NCBI GenBank assembly: GCA_030141605.1
Contig: JAQGDQ010000033.1
Span: 985,214 to 1,049,213 of the forward strand
From: Tubiluchus corallicola
Taxonomy: Eukaryota; Animalia; Priapulida
Reading direction: 5' to 3'
DNA length: 64,000 nt
In this document: in pieces, positions 1-12,200 of the stretch
How the letters are laid out: each line of letters begins with the position of its first letter
Numbering within the stretch: the stretch's first letter is position 1
Position numbers and translations under genes: made by a program
Notes under the pieces: generated by a model
Database searches by the model: none
Told to the model about the DNA's origin: nothing
What the model saw: only the letters and a program-made list of their open reading frames with translations

Positions 1-501
1 TAGGTCCTGGGTGGTGTGGATGAATCAATGGGAGCTGTATTGCATCGAGTCAGTAAGAGTTACTGAAATGATATTTCCTAGCAAAAGTCAAAAAATTTTA
101 AGCCAAAGACAAATAATGTATGTGAACTATATGGATGGCAGCCATTTATGTGCTTGCATCACGTGAATATACTGAAAATGTGGACAGTTACTGGGAAATG
201 TTTCCAAAGGATGGTTTTTATATGCACGACGATTGCATGTATGGACCATTTTCTTGCAAACTTCTTTTCCTCTTTTTTGTTCAACGTCTGTTAAAGACCA
301 ACAATTTAACTGACGGAACAGTTTATGGTATTAATGACAAATTGATACCTGCCATGATGAGCTAACGAAATCAAAATTTTTGTATTCTTTGATTGTATGA
401 TGGATAACTTTTCTGTAATTGCCATAAATGTACAAGGTTTTATCTCCAACATTTTTCTGTTTCCTGTGGTTTGTACTACAAGATATTTTATCATTTTTAA
501 G

Positions 502-3500
502 GCAACCTCAGTCGGAAGAAATTTCTGTTACTGATTTAGAGAAACATGAATCTGATAACGCTGAAGCATCTGCTGTTCAAGGTTTACTAGAACTCCACAA
601 TACAGGTAATGTGAAATCTAACACAAACCTATTTATTTTAATAATCTGGTAATGGTTTTAACAGCATTGTAGAGTTATTTGTTATGTGATTGTATTTTTT
701 CAGAAGGTGAAGTCGTAAAGAGAAGTGCGAGGAAGAAGAAACTTCCTCGGAAATTTAAAGGTAGACATAAAATTAATCTCATTTTGTAGAAATAGTGCTT
801 AATCTTAAATCTTAAACCAGTAGTTTACATAGGAAATTTGCAAATACAAAATGTTGATTTTGATTTTGATAAATGGAATTTTCGTCGTTTTGTCATTTAA
901 ACTGAGCTAAGAGGTAACTTGTGTAAACTGTCGACCGCATTGATTGTAACATAAAATCTTCAAGCATCATGTTGCTATACATAACAATGTGCTTATTTGC
1001 TACAAAATAGAAAGTGATTGTTATGGTAAATTATTGGTTACTGTAATAGTTGATTAAATTTTAATTAGTTGTTAAGCAAGAGCTATGCACTGTAATATGT
1101 TGTCGTGCATCTGAGGCATCAGTTCATAAAGTGTGCAGAAAAAAATAAAATGTGGCCCTCAGAAAAGATATAAGGTTATTTTATACCAACATGCTTCTCA
1201 TGGCGGCGTCTTACAGTTATAGTCACTTCGTCACATATGCTATTGTTTGATTGTATGAGAGGTAACATTTCCATAATTGAGGTTTTGTAGACCTCCTCAA
1301 CATTTTTTGCTTTCTGTGGTTTTTACTACAAAATATTTTAGTATTTTAAATGATTATTTAAGCTTTTATGGCTGTTGCATTCATCGGTTTGCATGAACGT
1401 AACATACATTTTTTTGTGTGTGTGAAAAGATGATTATGAAGTGAACTCTAAAAATCAAGAGAAGTCTGATGCTGTTGTGAGCACTGATGAAGAAGAGCCT
1501 TCTGGTGAACAAGATGTTAATGTCGTAGTGCAGAAGTCTACGAATGAGTACCGAGGTTTGAAGCGAAAACGAGCCAGTCCATCTGAGCCAAGTTCTGGGA
1601 CAGACAGTGAAAGTATTTGGGAATCAGGTATACAACTAATAAAAATGCAAATTTTTCAATTTTTTAGTTACTTGCTTAGAAGCCTTTTAAGCAATTGTAA
1701 GTTTTTATTCCTGCATTGTTTTTATTTTTTTGGACCATTTTTCTATTTCATAACCGAAAATTTTTCATTATTTGTTTGTTATTGTATAGATTTTACAGCA
1801 ACAGGCTAGCAGGGGAATGCTGACACAGAGGGTTCTGTTCATTTACAGTGGAATGTCTTTACTGCGGAATAAATTAGAGAAAAATTTGTTCTGATGTGGC
1901 CAATCCTTTTTAGCCTTTATTCAGAATTATGTAGTTTTTAGTGGAAGCTATGACTATTCACATTTAAAGACACTTTGGACACCAATTTTCTCTACATATT
2001 TTCTGCCCTAAATAAAAAATGAAATGAAATTGACAGCACTAACAATAAAAAGTAATTCTGAAAATTTAAGGTATTGTTCATTTATTGTATAAAATAAAAA
2101 TTCTATTGACAATTTCACACACTGCCATAACTCTTTAATAATCATGCTTATGTAAGAATTAAATTTTTACAACTAGGCAAAGAGAAAAAGGTGAGATCAT
2201 ATAAACCAGAAGAGATTGGTATGTCATCTGTTCAAAATGTTCCTGTTGTTGTTGTTCAGACCAGTGAAGGGAAAACTATTGTGGTACAGCCATCTCTTGA
2301 TAAGTCAGCTGAAGGTGAGAAATTTTTGTCGATTTTGATGCGTGTTATCTGTCATGGTTAATTCTGTAAATTAACACTAACTCGATAGTTGTTTTTCGTT
2401 GTCAGAGAATATGCCTTTAATGAAATAAAATGTTTGTTTTTTAATTTATAGGTTTATATTTTTAGTAAGATTCACCCTCATTTTAATTTGGGTGCCAAAA
2501 ATAAATTATTGTGTAATTTGGCAGATAATCATTATCTAAGTCATTCGTGTTAAGATACTATCTGCCACTGTTACCATACCTCTCTTCTTGTGAACACGAG
2601 TTAGCATTTGCGCAGTGTAAACGTGAACTACTTTTTGTGTTATCTGTGTCTGCAAGATCAGTGCAGTCTGTTCACAACAAGAAGAGAATTTTGAAATGGG
2701 AAAACAATTAGTTTCGAACTATTTTCGCTTTAAATTATTGAAATTTAACTTCTCTTCTATGTTGTGGACAGACAGTGCCTCTGGAGAAGCCAAAGAAAGT
2801 TGCTCTAAAACGCCTGGTGGTGACAGCACTGCGGATGTTTCGAGGAAGTATGCACAACTGCTAGTAGAGAAAGATGTGGCAAATCTCACCATGATCACTC
2901 AAACTGCAGCAGATTTAGCAGCAAAATTTCAGTCCAAGTTGGGCGATTTGAATATTAGTATTGATTTTATGATCAACAACATTTTCAAGGTATTTTGGTT
3001 TAAAATATTTATGTTTAGTACTCTTAATGAGTGCTAGCACATTTTTGCACATGTCAGATAATAATAATTATTGTTGATAGTTATACTGTTTTACATATTT
3101 TGAAACATTGTTGTGATAAGACATCAATTGTGACATCTGCTCAAGCGAGTTGGTTTCTGTCATTTTGTGTTAGATTACAAAAACATCAAGATACAAACAT
3201 GCATGCCAGCCTAAATACCTGATTCACGCCATTTGAATTTTGAAAACTTGTGTTACAAAGTTTTATTGTTAGATTATATTTTATCTGATGGACAACTTTA
3301 TTTTTGTCTTCAATAGGATTGCACACGAGACAATTTACTGCGTTTATTGAAAGTAACATGTGATGATGCCTGGGATTTATTTTCCAATCATGATCGGTTA
3401 ATTTTTATGTCAATGTACAAGTGGCTGCATGATGAATCCAGACAACAGGAAGACATGAAGAAATGTCGTAATTTAGGTAACTTTAAGTAACGATATGGCT

Positions 3501-6500
3501 TTCAATGCGTAAAAGCAGAATACTACATTTTTTTTGAATTGCTTTTTTCTTAGTGTTTTTTATTTTTCAAAAATGTGTAATTCACATCTTATTATGGAGA
3601 TGACAGTGTAAATTTAGCTCTTGTTTCAAACAATAATGAGTCCAGTTATTGTATAAACATGTCCTCACCAATGCTATTGAGTGGTTTAGTAGTTATTTCC
3701 TTGAACTAAATGCATCAAAAACTAAGGAAATTATCTTCAATTTCTGCCAGGATAAATCTAGAATTTTGCCCATTAACATCAATGACACTGAGGTCTAAAA
3801 AGTTGATGTCTATAAGCACCTTGAATGTTTTATTGATAGAAAATGAACACTCTCTTCATATGTCTCTCATGTAGTCAGCAAGGCCAATAACAGTATGTAT
3901 TGTGTTCGAAAAATGAAAAATCTAAATGTTGATCGTTCACTAATAATTATGTTTTACGACATAGTAACCTCTTCTGTTCTAAATTATTGTAATGTGGTCT
4001 TTTTCATATGCTTGCTAAGTACTTTAAAATTTATTTGGAAACACCAAGGAGAAAATGTATAAAGTTCGTTGGTAAGAATAATGAACGTCTGATTCTTGAC
4101 CACACCTTTCTGTGTGATATGTTACTGGAGATGTTAAAAAAAGACTATGGCAGACAACTTTCATCCTCTACATGAAGACTACATGTTTCTCCCACATAAA
4201 ACAAGATTAAATGTACCATCTTCAAGAACACATCGCTTTAATCCCACTTCAGTCAAAGCATTCAATAGTAGCTAAACACTTTAAACACTTTTAAATTTTT
4301 TAAAGCTTTATTTTAATTGTAACACTGAGATTTTTATGTTCAGTTAAATTTAATTATAGTTGCAAACTTGTTCTGGTAATTGTTTTTTAACTAATCTGTC
4401 CAAAGCATAAAGGAAAATTTCGTGTAAACCAATAATATATATGACCAGTAAAGATGTCTGTGTCTATCTTAATTTTTGGACACTTATAATGTATTATGGG
4501 AAATGGAATCAGTAGATTTTATTATCTAACTCTTTTTTGGTTATTTGTTTGTTTGGCACTTTCAGTATTTTCAAGAAATGCCATTGACTAAATAGTATGT
4601 GTGGTGTCCATAATGCTGTCAAATAATATCTTCTATGAAAAATGTGTAAATATGTTCTGTTTTTTGCAATGGATTGAAAACTTTAATAATATTAATATTT
4701 TTCTAGTTGTCAGTCCATCTGAACAAGGCACAGCCGTCTTGGCACCTGCCATTTCAAGTGCAAATGCTAAAAATCAAGACTTCGTTGAAAATTTTGAAGA
4801 GCAAGTGAGCTACAAAGATAGTCAACGATGTCAAGAAACTACATATTCTAATATTACTTCTATACCAGGCACTACTAAAGAAACTAATGCTGATATTGAT
4901 GTGTATCATGCTGATAGACCACAGTCTAATGAGGTTGTAGATCTTTCGACTGACCAGACAGTTGCCCATGTGGAAGCAGAGTTTAATAGCCAAAACTATG
5001 AAATTGAAGAAGTAAACATGCAGGAGTACCAGCTTGATCAGCCAGTACACGTAACAGGACTTCCTGTTGTGGATAATTATGCAATTGCAACGAGGTTTAA
5101 AGCAAAACTTGCACATCTGAAAATTAGTCAGAGGCAAGCTGCAGCCAATATTTTACATGTATGTGTGTTTTTAATTTTGTTGTAATAGCAGAGCTTTATA
5201 TTTCTTTATAGAGAGTGTTTGCTGTTAAAAATTGTTTTACGTTGAATGTTGTCTACTATGATGTGCCATTTTTATACTATGCTTACCATTTAATGATTAC
5301 TATTTTACAGTAATTGTAAAATGTGAACTGTCACTTTGCATTTAGTTTTTGTTTCAATTTTACAGATTTCTCAAGGATATTTGTGTGATCTCATAAACCA
5401 TCCTAGACCATGGCATTCGATAACTCATGAAAGCAAGATGCGGTATTATGATATGCAGAATTGGTTAGAGCAATATGAAAATGCTGACGAATGGGTGGCA
5501 TTTGACTTAAAGGAATTGTTTTCTTTTTCTTCTAAAAACCAGTCAAATGCAAATTCTAGCAAGACAGTACAGATGAACATGACTAGTCCAAATGCACAGA
5601 AAGATATATCAGTGAAAAGTGAAGTATCGTCACCAACAGCTGAAAATGTTACCAATAATGCAGCAACTTCAACCGACGTGGATTCTAACAAACAGGTTAT
5701 TTATGCTGTAAAGGATGAAAATAGTGAACACGGTGAATACTACATTGTTGTCGAGTCTGCAGATGATACGTCGCTTATTACTACCCAAGAGGAAGCTGTT
5801 CAAGTTCAACCCGAGGAAAGTCAGCATGATGATAGTCCCGATATCGTCGATGATTTAGGTAGCGAGGAAACGGTAGTGGGTTCGTTTGAGAAATGTGATG
5901 TGGTGCTTGAACTGGAAGATCCCACGGCAGTGTTGGACACGAAGTCTGTCGCTTCCCAGTTTAAGAATAGGCTAGAAGAACTGGGTATTGGCCAACGTTT
6001 TGCTGCTCAATACATAATAAAGGTGAGAGAGTGTAGGTGCGACTGCTTTATTATCATTACTGTTTAATAAGCTAAAACTAAAACTTGCTTTGAAAGGCTA
6101 TTTCAAGTTCAAGTTTGCAGATTTTGCCTTTATGATATATTATGAGAAAAATATTGAGCAAAATTTAGTTAAAAATCAATTTTTGGAAATCACATGCTAG
6201 AATTTGATTTCTCCCACAAGTAAGTTAATTCTTACATTATTTTTTGTCTCTATTGACTAACTTCAAAACGAAAAACTATATGGTATAATTTTGTTCTGTA
6301 GCACCATCTAAAATCACAAGGACACTTAGCTGATTTGTTGAATCATCCACGGCCATGGCATAAGTGTGCCACTCCCGTACAACAAATCTACCTGCGTATG
6401 TGTGTCTGGTTGCAAGATGAGCCTCTCCAACGTGAAGATGCTTATAAATATCACAGCATCCCTAAAGGTATGGAAAACTTAAAGTTCCAAAGCTTAAAGA

Positions 6501-7858
6501 TCTAAAGTTAGTTGATGCAGCTATTTTTTAAGTTGGAAATTTGGAAGATGCAAGCATTATTGACTTGACTTTTTGTCTATTAAATTACTGTTTTGTTATT
6601 TTTATAATCTGTTTACTGATGATTTTGAGTGTAGACATCTCTGTTCTTTCTGAATGTTCTTAAACATTAATTATAGTACCATCATTGTATTTAAGCCTAG
6701 AACTACTGGAATTTTTTATAAAAACAGTATTATTAATAAACGAACATTTTTTTGTTAAATGTTTTTTCATACTGCAATATTATTAGGCTACAGTGTAGCA
6801 CCATATTACAGCTAGGCGTGTTCGAGGTTCGGGTTGGGGTACGTGACACTAATTGAATTCAAGGTCAGGATTTTTGAGGTTAGGGTCGAAATGTTCGAAA
6901 TCAGTAAATTGAGATAAGAAAATTCCAGCGAAATTCTGTAATTTTGGCTCCAACCTCATTACTTATATATAGGTGCCTAGAATCATGAACAAAAAAAACT
7001 TCTCTGGAGTGTGAGCTGGTTTCACCTTGCTCACACACTGTTTGACAACTTACCAGCTACAACTGCATTAATTACCTGTAATTTTGTCAATGATAAACAG
7101 TTTATTTGCTGTCTACCATGTAGTAACAATAAGTATATTCCACATTGCCATGTGGTGTCAATGTAATCAAATTTTGCACTAAACCTGCATACTTCACTAT
7201 GATAAATAAATGCAAAGTAAATGTAACAGTAATCTTCTTGCCATGAAGTTAAAACAATTGTTAGAAAGAATAAATATGCGTAAGGCCATCTGTTTGTAGT
7301 GCCTTAAGAACATTATCTGCTTCGGCAATATTTACACGGGATTTAGTAGCAGTACTGTGAGACAAGAATAACACAACATATTTTCCCTCCTAAATTGTTT
7401 CAAATTATTGACAAAGTGTACCCCACTAAAGGCATCTTACTCACAAATGGCCAAAATGCTGCCGTATGCATTCTTTCTGTAATGTGCCATACATTGGACA
7501 TTACTTATACACTTTTTTTGATACATACTTGTCCATCTAGTAGTTGTATACGTATGGTAGCTGCACATGCTTACAGTGTACAGTGTTATAGAGAACCTTT
7601 TTCTTGGTCCCCAGCAAATTTGCTATAATGATGTTACTGTATTTACCTAATTGTATTTTAGGAAAAAGAGGTAAGCAAGTTGGTCCTGCAACCAAACCTA
7701 CACGAGTTACTCCACAACAGCTGTATATACTGGAGAATGAGTTTAAAAAGAATGAATATTTATCAAAGGAAGATGTGGAGGACATGTCTAAAGTGTTATC
7801 GTTGCCTGTCCGAGTGATACGTAATTGGTTTAATAATAGAAGAGCACGTTCAAAGTGA
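502..7858 (+). CDS. CUT-class homeobox protein with three CUT domains and a C-terminal homeodomain (Cux-like architecture, divergent sequence); 5' start not resolved
   Basis: In-phase GT-AG exons: 502-605, 704-760, 1430-1627, 2177-2314, 2772-2989, 3317-3476, 4707-5158, 5366-6022, 6302-6467, 7662-7858 (TGA). CUT motifs: IATRFKAKLAHLKISQRQAA..ISQGYLCDLINHPRPW..YYDMQNWLE; LDTKSVASQFKNRLEELGIGQRFAA..SQGHLADLLNHPRPW..YLRMCVWLQD; a more degenerate CUT1 (LAAKFQSKLGDLNISI..AWD..FMSMYKWLHD). Homeodomain: TPQQLYILENEFKKNEYL..VIRNWFNNRRAR. Confidence 0.88.
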
Positions 7859-8021
7859 CCAAATTCTATAAAAAAAATCATGATTGTTTCCATGTTTCAT
7901 GAAAGTGTTCATTAAATCAATGTGTTTTTGTGTATTTAATCAGTTAGTCTTGCTGCTAGTTTGATATGATGTCATTTATTATTTCTATGTTTACGAATTT
8001 GCATTTTCCCATATGTTTGTA

Positions 8022-8027
8022 AATAAA
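8022..8027 (+). promoter_or_regulatory. Polyadenylation signal for the homeodomain terminal exon
   Basis: AATAAA about 165 nt after the TGA at 7858, followed by T/GT-rich tracts (8037-8071). Confidence 0.6.
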
Positions 8028-9238
8028 GAACCTCAGTTTTTTCTTTATATCACGTATTTTTGTTTTTGTTTAGCAAATCGTTTACATTTCTCTGTGTGTT
8101 GTTAAAAAGCTCATGTACAGTAAAATTTCCACAAGTGTCATAATTCTTTAGTATACAAAAGCATAACTTAAGTGCTGAATGAAAGCCGATGATAGAACAT
8201 TCTCTTGAATAGACAACGTGTCGCAGTATTTTACCTGAAAAGTTTACGGGATTGTGTAGACTGATTCTTTAGACCTGAGCTCAGTTTCACTAAGCCGTCA
8301 CTGAATTAACGGAATCGTTATTAATAATTTTGGAATGTAATAATGATATCACTAGCCTAGTCACGGCTTTCTGAAACTCGCCTCTGGACATTGTGTACCA
8401 CTCCTCTTTCTTATCAAAATTGTGCCTTTTTTGCTTAATTTATTTTACTATTTTGAAGCTTTGCCACAAAATACCTGCGAAGCATTGAAATTTAGGCTAC
8501 CAGTATTGCAGTTCTTGCTTTAAACAAATGCTGTGAAAAGCAGAATGTTGCACCTATCTTTCAATAGTAGTACTGATATGAAGTTAATAATGTGATGTAC
8601 ATCAATTAAAAGCTTTACTAGTCATAGGCTCATATCTGTGTCTCAGCTGTGTTTAGATAAGGTAGTGGTGATCTTCTGCTTGTGAAACAAGTGATCTAAA
8701 GCAAACTGAATTAAACAAACTAAAAATACTAGTACTTGCAGTGTACTCTCAATTTTCTGAGCTATTTTCCAGCTTAGCCTACATGGATAATAAAAACATC
8801 CGTTTTAAGCTTCGCATCATCTGCTCATTATAAATGCAGAGAATGTTCAATCACTTTTGGCCAGTTACCCTGGTGTTTGGTGTCTTGTATCAATGTTAAA
8901 TTGCTAATTTTTTAACAATTTGCTGCATAATGTAAGGAGAAAATCAGATAAATCCAATCTTGCATTTATAAAATGCAGCAAATGTTGAGACGCAACTTTC
9001 ATAACTAAATGTTATGTTAATTATGTTGTGTAATTACTGATGATAATCTAGTTGATGACAGTCTATTACATGTATGTTATAGATAATGATGACTACTTCT
9101 TCGGCATATTTACACTGCTTTCTTATGTAGCATTGCCAGGTAATTCTTTGAAAAAATTAGTGTGCAGTGCTTATAATATACCATGACAAAAATCGCCTTG
9201 ATCTTGCTCTGATTCCTCAATATTTTGATTGGAATTAG

Positions 9239-12200
9239 GTACAGAGAGGAGAATTCCAGTGCATGTTGTGCCAAAGAATAAATCAAATGGGGCACCATCA
9301 ACTTATCGAGTGATCAATAAAACGCAGGCAAAACATACTGGTAAGATCCATAATTTGGAGTAAATATTGAATAAAACTTTATCATACACATTATACATGA
9401 TGAGGTTTGACATATGAAATGAGACTTGTAGTAGCCCAGATAGGGCTCTGCATTTTTGAGATCTTGCCACAGACAGTTCTAATGCCTTTATTCACATTCA
9501 AGCAAATAAATGTTTCATATCTGGACAATAGTGTTCTTCTACACATGGTGCAAGTCTCGTGCCTTATAGTGTGTTAACAATGTCGTTTTGGCAGAAGTGG
9601 AAGAACCCTGTAATATCGTTGTTGTTATTATTGTGGCATTATTGTTTAGCCCTACTGAGCAGCCATTATAGCTGCCACTAAATTACATATTCATATTAAT
9701 ACCTGCCGCGGTATACATGAAATTTTTTGTTTCTGCTTTGCATAGACTTAGTTTAGTTTAATTAGTTAAGCAATTAACATGACAAGTTCGCAAAGCTCAA
9801 AAAGTGAAAAAATAGATGTGTGAAATAAGTTTTACTGAAATAAACTGCAACCATTCACTTTTCTTTATGATCTCATATCAGCAACTGGTGACTGTCAATC
9901 AGATAGTGCAAGTACCATAAAATTACTGGAAATGATTGTGGTGTCAGAAGAAACGGGACCTTTGGCTAATGTTCGATCCTCTGCACATCATAGCTCAAAT
10001 CAAGGTGCTGACTAAAAACAGTCTTTGTTGCTTTTTCATACTATTATTAAGTCAACCCCTGTGTAAGCGGCTGTTTTAATACCAAGCTCAAGAACTAATT
10101 CTGTCTTATGGAACATTGAAAGTGGCCCTCCTTTAAGTATTGGCTGGTTTGTGTGGGGTAGATAATAATAATCAAGTTTTTCACTAAAATAAATTTTTCA
10201 ATTTTGTCATTCAGAAGAGCTTTCTCCTAACATGAGTGAATAGATTTTTCTAACTAATTGGTGATTACAGCAAGTTTGATAATTGTTTATTTTAATCATT
10301 GAGACTGTTTTTGTAAACTTAGGATGACACTTGTAACAAACAAATTTTGAAACTTTTTTCTCACCTTTTTCATTACAAGTGAGTTTTTCCTTTACATGTG
10401 GGATGAAGGAATTTTAGTGCAAGAGCAATTGATTCAATTTGATTGATTTTCTTAGCTGTCAAGAAAAACCGTCCTGGGAGACCAAAGAAGAATGCTGGAA
10501 TTGAATTACCAAGTTCATCTAGTACAACCACTTTCACAGTTACTTCTTTACCATTGGACAGTTTACCAGGTCTGTTGAGAGATCAATCTGTGAAATTAGG
10601 TAGGTTGCTGGTTTAAAAGCCAGTGAATTTTTGTGTATTTCAATTTGATTCTTCTCTTTCTCATAACAGTGTTACTGTAAACATGGATTTCGTGTATATA
10701 AGTGCGATTAATTTTTATTTTAAATACTGACCTACACTTGGCTGTAGCCTGCATTACGTAACATTACTTGCAATTTTGTAAGCTTAGTAAGCTCATAATT
10801 TTGTTGTTCTTCAGAAATATATTTTCATACAGACTAAGTTTTTGTGAAACACAATCTGCACTATGATTGATGGAGGTGCAATGATTATAACTTTCCAAGA
10901 GATAGTGCTGTGAACATTTTTGCATAGCGTAACCTCAACAATACAAAGTCTTGTTCAATACTGGTTCAAATCCTTTCATAGGTTTCAACTTATTTTTTTA
11001 GACACAGATCTGACACATAATTTCGACTACTAGGTTGTTGGCTCATTTCATCACCAGCTGTGCCGGTAGATTTAGCTGAAGAGTGCTCTGTGACAGCTTT
11101 TTGTTAATTTTGTAAACTGCCTCTTAAGCATTGGATAAGTAGTGGTTATGACATGCATGAGAAATAGGTGACAGAATAAGGCATGTATTTAGTAACCATA
11201 GTTAAGCAGCTTTGTGGTTGATTACTAAATGGATGGGAAGAGAATGGCAGTAAAACTTGCTTTTACAATATGGCCCTTGTCTATTTATTTTGTTAAGGAA
11301 GGATGTATGCATGCCTAAATGTGGTTAAGGCACTAGCTGCTTGTTCAGCATTAAAGAATTGTCCTTGATTGTGAGCTAAGTTCAAATCTTATCACAGCTA
11401 TTTTGTTAAGTAGGTTGTGCTGTTGAGTAGTAGATCTCTACTTGCACAGTAGCATAGTTTATAAAAAATTGAGGTAGAAAATTTATATTTGTAGGACTTG
11501 AGGCACACGAAGAAGACTTGGAGAAATACAAGTGTGAAAAATGTGGGTATCAAGCTTACTATGCTGTGCAATACCAGGAGCACATACTGGAGCATTTAGT
11601 TGACTTACTGCAGTGCAAATGTTGCCAATTCAAGACTTTCAAAGAGAGTGACCTCAAGAAACATTACCATGTAAGAAGAGGACTAAAATTCTCACATGTT
11701 TTTTCTGTAACAGTGTGTTTGATGTTACAATTTTAAAATTTTTAAAAATTTGCTATCTAGCAGCATATTATCAAAGTTTAACATGAAACCTTGGACTCTT
11801 TCCAATGACGAGAACAAAGGTTGGGTATGTGGCTGATGATTGGTGGTCATGACAGTTTGTATAGCTTAATTCAGGTGAATTTGTGATTCTGGCAACCTTC
11901 AACATTTCACTCTGAGGAGAACATTATGATCTCATTCTGGGACATAATTGCTATTGACAATGGGACTTGGGGCATTCCTTCATTCTTGCCTTACACGTTT
12001 AAGTTTTTATGTCAAATTCTAGTAAATAGTCTTTAAGATCATTGGCTAATTAATAATGTTTGTTTTGTTGTTATTTTTAGATTAGCCATCCTCGATATAT
12101 TTGTCCGGTTTGCGAATATACAGCCAACATGCCTTACCTGATCAAACGTCACATGATCCAGCATTCTGTGAATGGTTGCAAGTGTGAGATATGTGGAAAA

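Noticed and set aside
4-365. Possible upstream CUT-gene exon (about 4-48) and ORF 135-365
   Set aside because: Frame and donor are ambiguous at the window edge and there is no motif; left out of the model.
4754-5691. Minus-strand ORFs 4754-5137 and 5446-5691 (and similar antisense ORFs over TYMP, GPCR and ALDH exons)
   Set aside because: Antisense shadows of real exons.
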